From Phycisphaerales bacterium (GTDB lineage: Bacteria > Planctomycetota > Phycisphaerae > Phycisphaerales > UBA1924), in contig DASZWV010000398.1 of the NCBI GenBank assembly GCA_035546115.1, forward strand, positions 1 to 29,529: 29,529 bases of DNA. Direction: 5' to 3'. The notes below the pieces were generated by a model. That model worked only from the letters and a program-made list of their open reading frames with translations. It was not told the DNA's origin and made no database searches. This document shows, piece after piece, positions 25,623 to 29,529 of the stretch; positions within the stretch are counted from its first letter, which is position 1, and each line of letters begins with the position of its first letter. A program made the position numbers and the translations under genes.

Positions 25623-27053
25623 ATGGCGAGACTTCACCTGTCGGCGGCGTTGTTCGTGGTCTGCATCGGCGCACCGATGGCGCCGGCGATCCCGCCGCAC
25701 AGGGCCCTCTTCGACGCCACGAAGGCGGAGATGGCCGGGAACGCGGACTGGGTGATCGATGCGGACACGCACAACGTCGGCACGGGCTCCGGCGGGGCGA
25801 TGACGGTGGGCGCGGGATCGGATTCCAATCCGCAGAGATTCCCGACGCCCGCGCAGAGCGGCATCACATCGTCCACGCCCGAGACGTACTGGCAGGGCTC
25901 GCTCTCGGCATGGGGTGTCGCGCTCGTGCAGCGGGGCGTGTCGGTCGAGACGCTTCCGATCGGCGGCCGGATCACGTATGGCGACTCGACCAACGCGCAG
26001 GATCTCTCGAACTACTCGCTGTACATCGTGGACGAGCCGAACATCGCGTTCACGAGCGCGGAAAAGACGGCGATCATCAACTGGGTGCGCGACGGCGGCG
26101 GCCTTTTCATGATCAGCGATCACAACGCCAGCGACCGCAACAACAACGGGATCGATTCGGTGGGCGTGTGGAACGGGCTGCTGAACTCGAACTCAACCGG
26201 ATCCAACCCGTTCGGGATCACGTTCAACGTGGACAACATCTCGCCCACGTCCACGTACGTGGACACCGCCGCGTCCGACCCGGTGATCCACGGGCCCGCG
26301 GGAACGGTCGCGCAGATGATCTACCACAACGGCGCGAGCATCACCATCAACACCGCGCAGAACGCCACGGCGAAGATCGCGATCTGGACGACCTCGTCGC
26401 ACGCGAGCGCCAACGGCATGGTCGCGTACGCGATGTACGGTCTTGGGCGTGTCGTGGCCCTCGGCGATTCCTCCCCGTTCGACGACGGCACCGGCGACCC
26501 CGGCGACACCCTGTACAACGGCTGGTCCGCAGAAGCCGGCGGCGACCATGCCCGGGCCGCCATCAATGCGTCGATCTGGCTGGACAATCCGCCGGCGGCG
26601 TGCGCGCCGCCGAGCGTCGGGACGCTCGCGACGACCGGCGCCGTCGACGGTTCACCCTTTGCGCTCGCCGTCTTATCGAGCGGGAGCGGCGCACTCTCGT
26701 ACCAGTGGCGACGAAACGGCTCGCCGCTCGTTGACGGCGTCAGGGTGTCGGGCGCGATCACCCGGACGCTCCTGATCGACCCGGTGCTCCTTGCCGATGC
26801 GGGCACGTACGACGTCGTCGTGACCAACACCTGCTCCGGCTCCAACGCCAGCGCGGGCAGCAACCCCGTCGTGGTGTCCGTGCTCTGTCGGCCGGACTTC
26901 AACGGCGTCGGCGGCCTGACCACGCAGGACGTGTTCGACTTTCTCAACGCCTGGTTCGCCGCCGATCCGCGGGCGGATTTCGATGGGAGCGGGACGCTCA
27001 CGGTGCAGGACATCTTCGCGTTCCTGAACGCCTGGTTCGCCGGCTGCCCTTAG
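25623..27053 (+). CDS. Secreted protein: class I glutamine-amidotransferase-like domain, Ig-like domain, GC-type dockerin
   Basis: LFDATKAEMAGNADWVID...YIVDEPN...GGGLFMISDH...GRVVALGDSS; Ig motif SYQWRRNG...DAGTYDVVVTN; terminal FAGCP. Start set at ATG 25623. Confidence 0.85.
   Translation: MARLHLSAALFVVCIGAPMAPAIPPHRALFDATKAEMAGNADWVIDADTHNVGTGSGGAMTVGAGSDSNPQRFPTPAQSGITSSTPETYWQGSLSAWGVALVQRGVSVETLPIGGRITYGDSTNAQDLSNYSLYIVDEPNIAFTSAEKTAIINWVRDGGGLFMISDHNASDRNNNGIDSVGVWNGLLNSNSTGSNPFGITFNVDNISPTSTYVDTAASDPVIHGPAGTVAQMIYHNGASITINTAQNATAKIAIWTTSSHASANGMVAYAMYGLGRVVALGDSSPFDDGTGDPGDTLYNGWSAEAGGDHARAAINASIWLDNPPAACAPPSVGTLATTGAVDGSPFALAVLSSGSGALSYQWRRNGSPLVDGVRVSGAITRTLLIDPVLLADAGTYDVVVTNTCSGSNASAGSNPVVVSVLCRPDFNGVGGLTTQDVFDFLNAWFAADPRADFDGSGTLTVQDIFAFLNAWFAGCP
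26886..27050 (+). other. GC-type dockerin domain (copy 3)
   Basis: CRPDFNGVGGLTTQDVFDFLNAW...ADFDGSGTLTVQDIFAFLNAWFAGCP. Confidence 0.88.
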
Positions 27054-28048
27054 ACCGCCCGCCACGGACGCCATGGAAAGTTCGCGGGAATCAGCCCCGG
27101 CCGCTCGCCGATCAGCCCGGCGAGGAACTCCAGCCCATCCACCAGCCGCGGCCCGGGTCGATTGAACATCTGGCTGCCGTCCACCACGGCGACCTGCCCG
27201 CGGCGGACCGCCGGAAGGTCTCCCCACCAGGTGTGCCTTGAAAGCAGTTCGGTCTCGCGCCAAGCCTGATCGAGCGTCAGGCCGCACGGGCAGACCAAGA
27301 GCCACTCCGGGCGCGATTCGGTCAGCTGTTCGGGGCTCACGCGGATGCTCTTGCCAGCACGGCGCATGGTCTGGCCGATCATGCCCGCGGCCGCGCCCGA
27401 GCCGTCGGCGGGCCGGGATGGGTTGAGGGGGTGTGCTCCGCCGGCCCGTTCGATGAGCTGAGGCGTCCAGTGGCCGCCGACGAAGAGCGGGTCGGTCCAC
27501 TCGAGGAAGGCGACGGATGGGGGCTCGGTGTAGGGGTTCACGTATTCCTGGGCTCGGCTGGCTCGCTCGCGCAGGCCGGCCACGACCTCGATCGACCGCT
27601 TTGACATCCCGACGGCCTCCCCAACGGACATGATGTCGTCGAGGACGTCGTCGAAAGTCTGTGGGTTGAGGCTGACGACCTTCGGAACGGGCGAAATTGA
27701 GGCCGCGGCCTGCCGGACAGTCTCCAGGTCGATCGAGCAGACCTCGCAGAGGTCTTGTGTGATGATGACGTCGGGCCGGACGCTGGCGAGAAGGGCCGTG
27801 TCGAGCGTGTACAGCGATTCGCCCGCCGCCAGGGCGGTGCGGACGGCTTGATCCACGGCCGCGCTGGTCGTGAAATGGGTTCGAGCGGCGGTGAGGGCGG
27901 GGATGCGGTTGAGCCCGACATCGGGGGGCCAGTCGCACTCGTGGCTGCGGCCGACCAGGCGCACGGGCCCCTCGCCGCGGACTGCGTCCGGCCCTGTGAG
28001 GGCCAGGATGATCTCGGTCGCCGAGGGCAGGAGGCTGACGACACGCAT
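27050..28048 (-). CDS. BtuF-like/iron-siderophore ABC substrate-binding fold protein without signal peptide
   Basis: MRVVSLLPSATEI, VGRSHECD, PDVIITQDLCEVC, FNRPGPRL. Its stop overlaps the convergent gene's stop (TTAG 27050-27053). Confidence 0.88.
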   Translation of the reverse strand: MRVVSLLPSATEIILALTGPDAVRGEGPVRLVGRSHECDWPPDVGLNRIPALTAARTHFTTSAAVDQAVRTALAAGESLYTLDTALLASVRPDVIITQDLCEVCSIDLETVRQAAASISPVPKVVSLNPQTFDDVLDDIMSVGEAVGMSKRSIEVVAGLRERASRAQEYVNPYTEPPSVAFLEWTDPLFVGGHWTPQLIERAGGAHPLNPSRPADGSGAAAGMIGQTMRRAGKSIRVSPEQLTESRPEWLLVCPCGLTLDQAWRETELLSRHTWWGDLPAVRRGQVAVVDGSQMFNRPGPRLVDGLEFLAGLIGERPGLIPANFPWRPWRAV

Positions 28049-28339
28049 CGCCGATACTAGAGCCCGCCGGAAGGAATTCGTCCAGCACGTGCATCTTCCG
28101 GCTCGCGGACCCTGTATCCCCTACGCCCGCCAAGGTCAGGGGAATGGGAAGGCGGGCCGCCCCGGGCGGATTGTGATGCCCGCGGCTTGGAGGGGACGAC
28201 CCTTAGGTCGTGGGACCCGGCGCGATGGGCGGAGGCCAGCCTCCGTCCGGTTGTTGCACCCACGGCGCGGGCGTTCGCGCTCCGTGTTCCCTACGCTTTC
28301 CCCCCGGCGAACCCGGGAATCTGCTCGGAGGACCCGCCC

Positions 28340-29529
28340 ATTTCTTCCAACACCACCCTCAATCGATTCTCGGCAACTCGATCCTGGTCCGCGGCGGGCC
28401 TGTTGGCCCGGTGCGGGTTCGCCGGGGTCATCGCCGTCACTTCGCTGTCGCTCCCGATGCGGTCGGCCATGGCGCAGGACAAACCCTCTGAAAAGCCGGC
28501 CGAGAAGCCGTCGGAAAAGCCCCCGGCGAACCCGGGCGAGGATGAGAAACTCAAGGCCCAGCGGGAGGCCGAGGCCGCCGCCCGCGAGGCGATCCTGAAG
28601 AAGATCAAGGCGGAGGCGGAGCGCGCGGGGATCAAGACCGACAATCCCGTGGGCCCCGCGCCGCAGCAGCCCGCGGCCACCCCGCCCGCCAAGCCGCAGC
28701 CTCCGGCCGCGACCCCGCCCGCGACGGGAGTGGCTCCGACGCCAACCCAGCCCGGAAAGACGGCCATACCGACGGCACCGGGCACGTTCCGGGGCGTCCA
28801 GCCGCCGAGCCGACCGGGCGTCGCGCCGGGGGGCATCCGGCCGGGAGTCCCCACGGCGCATCCGACGCCGGCCGGCGCCGCGGGCGCGACGCCGGTGCAG
28901 GCGATTCCGTTGTCGCAGCCGGGGCCGGACGACGACCTGCTGATCAACATCACGGAGAACGTGGAGATCGTGCAGCTCGTCGACTACATGCAGAGGGAGC
29001 TGCACATCCAGCTCATCTACGTGGACGGCGGGCTGTTCGGGCGGAAGGTCTTCTTTCCCACGCCCATCCACGTGAAGCGGTCGGACCTGATGGGTTTCAT
29101 CATGTCCCTGCTGGAGCAGAACGAGTATGCCATGTGGCAGGATCCGGCGACGGAGATCTACTACGTGGGTCCGAAGAACTACATCTCGCCCCAGTTCGGC
29201 GGGAAGAAGACCGAGGCGCCCCAGCTGAGCGCGCTCACGCGGATCATCCGCACGCCGAACATCAAGCCCTCGTCGCTGCAGGCGAGCATCACGTCTCTGC
29301 TGACGGCCGGTCGCGGCGGGCAGGCGGGCACCCAACCGGTGTACATGGACGACCTCGGCATCATCATGATGACCGACTCCCCGCGGATCACGCAGCTCAT
29401 CGAAGAGTTCGTGGACATGGTGGTGAAAGAGCGGGACTCGATGAAGTTCTACCCGTTCGACCTGCAGAACATCTCGGCGGTGTCGGCCAAGGACCGGGTG
29501 CTCGAGCTGCTCGGGCTGCAGGCGCAGCG
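28340..29529 (+). CDS. Secretin (GspD-like) N-terminal part, truncated at window end
   Basis: Open frame absent from the ORF track: signal peptide ending AMA-QD, Pro/Ala-rich linker, N0-like (VEIVQLVDYM...LLEQNEYA) and N1/N2-like KH repeats (TRIIRTPNIKPSSL; FDLQNISAVSA). Start uncertain: ATT 28340 or TTG 28403. The secretin domain itself is outside the window. Confidence 0.7.
   Translation, partial: MSSNTTLNRFSATRSWSAAGLLARCGFAGVIAVTSLSLPMRSAMAQDKPSEKPAEKPSEKPPANPGEDEKLKAQREAEAAAREAILKKIKAEAERAGIKTDNPVGPAPQQPAATPPAKPQPPAATPPATGVAPTPTQPGKTAIPTAPGTFRGVQPPSRPGVAPGGIRPGVPTAHPTPAGAAGATPVQAIPLSQPGPDDDLLINITENVEIVQLVDYMQRELHIQLIYVDGGLFGRKVFFPTPIHVKRSDLMGFIMSLLEQNEYAMWQDPATEIYYVGPKNYISPQFGGKKTEAPQLSALTRIIRTPNIKPSSLQASITSLLTAGRGGQAGTQPVYMDDLGIIMMTDSPRITQLIEEFVDMVVKERDSMKFYPFDLQNISAVSAKDRVLELLGLQAQ

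Noticed and set aside
28049-28339. Cobalamin riboswitch upstream of the BtuF-like gene
   Set aside because: No B12-box motifs recognised, and the gene appears leaderless (TAGTAT 5 nt before ATG).
1-29529. Mobile element, prophage or defence island
   Set aside because: No transposase, integrase, phage, toxin-antitoxin or restriction motifs seen; composition looks uniform.

Overview
High-GC (about 70% by eye) bacterial chromosome segment, almost certainly Phycisphaerales (Planctomycetota), judged from three secreted proteins ending in the GC-type dockerin module (...DIFAFLNAWFAGC). I support 24 CDSs (one truncated at the right edge). Housekeeping genes: trmL, a TrmH-family methylase, uppP, serA, rnr. 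They are interleaved with envelope genes: five lipoproteins, two paralogous double-thioredoxin proteins, a GspG-like membrane protein and a GspD-like secretin. I found no rRNA, tRNA, CRISPR array or mobile element. Best leads: (1) a dockerin-anchored surface-protein system, including a 1355-aa protein with 20 six-Cys repeats, a globular domain inserted inside repeat 10 and a possible cohesin-like N-terminus; (2) a ~130-nt end-paired structured RNA with a U-rich tract upstream of rnr; (3) repeated TAnnnT -10 boxes 5-7 nt before start codons (leaderless genes), two of them built from the upstream gene's stop codon; (4) probable CTG and ATT start codons; (5) three apparent pseudoenzymes (amidase, thioredoxin paralog, Zn-dehydrogenase). 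All family assignments come from motif recognition by eye; no database searches were run.
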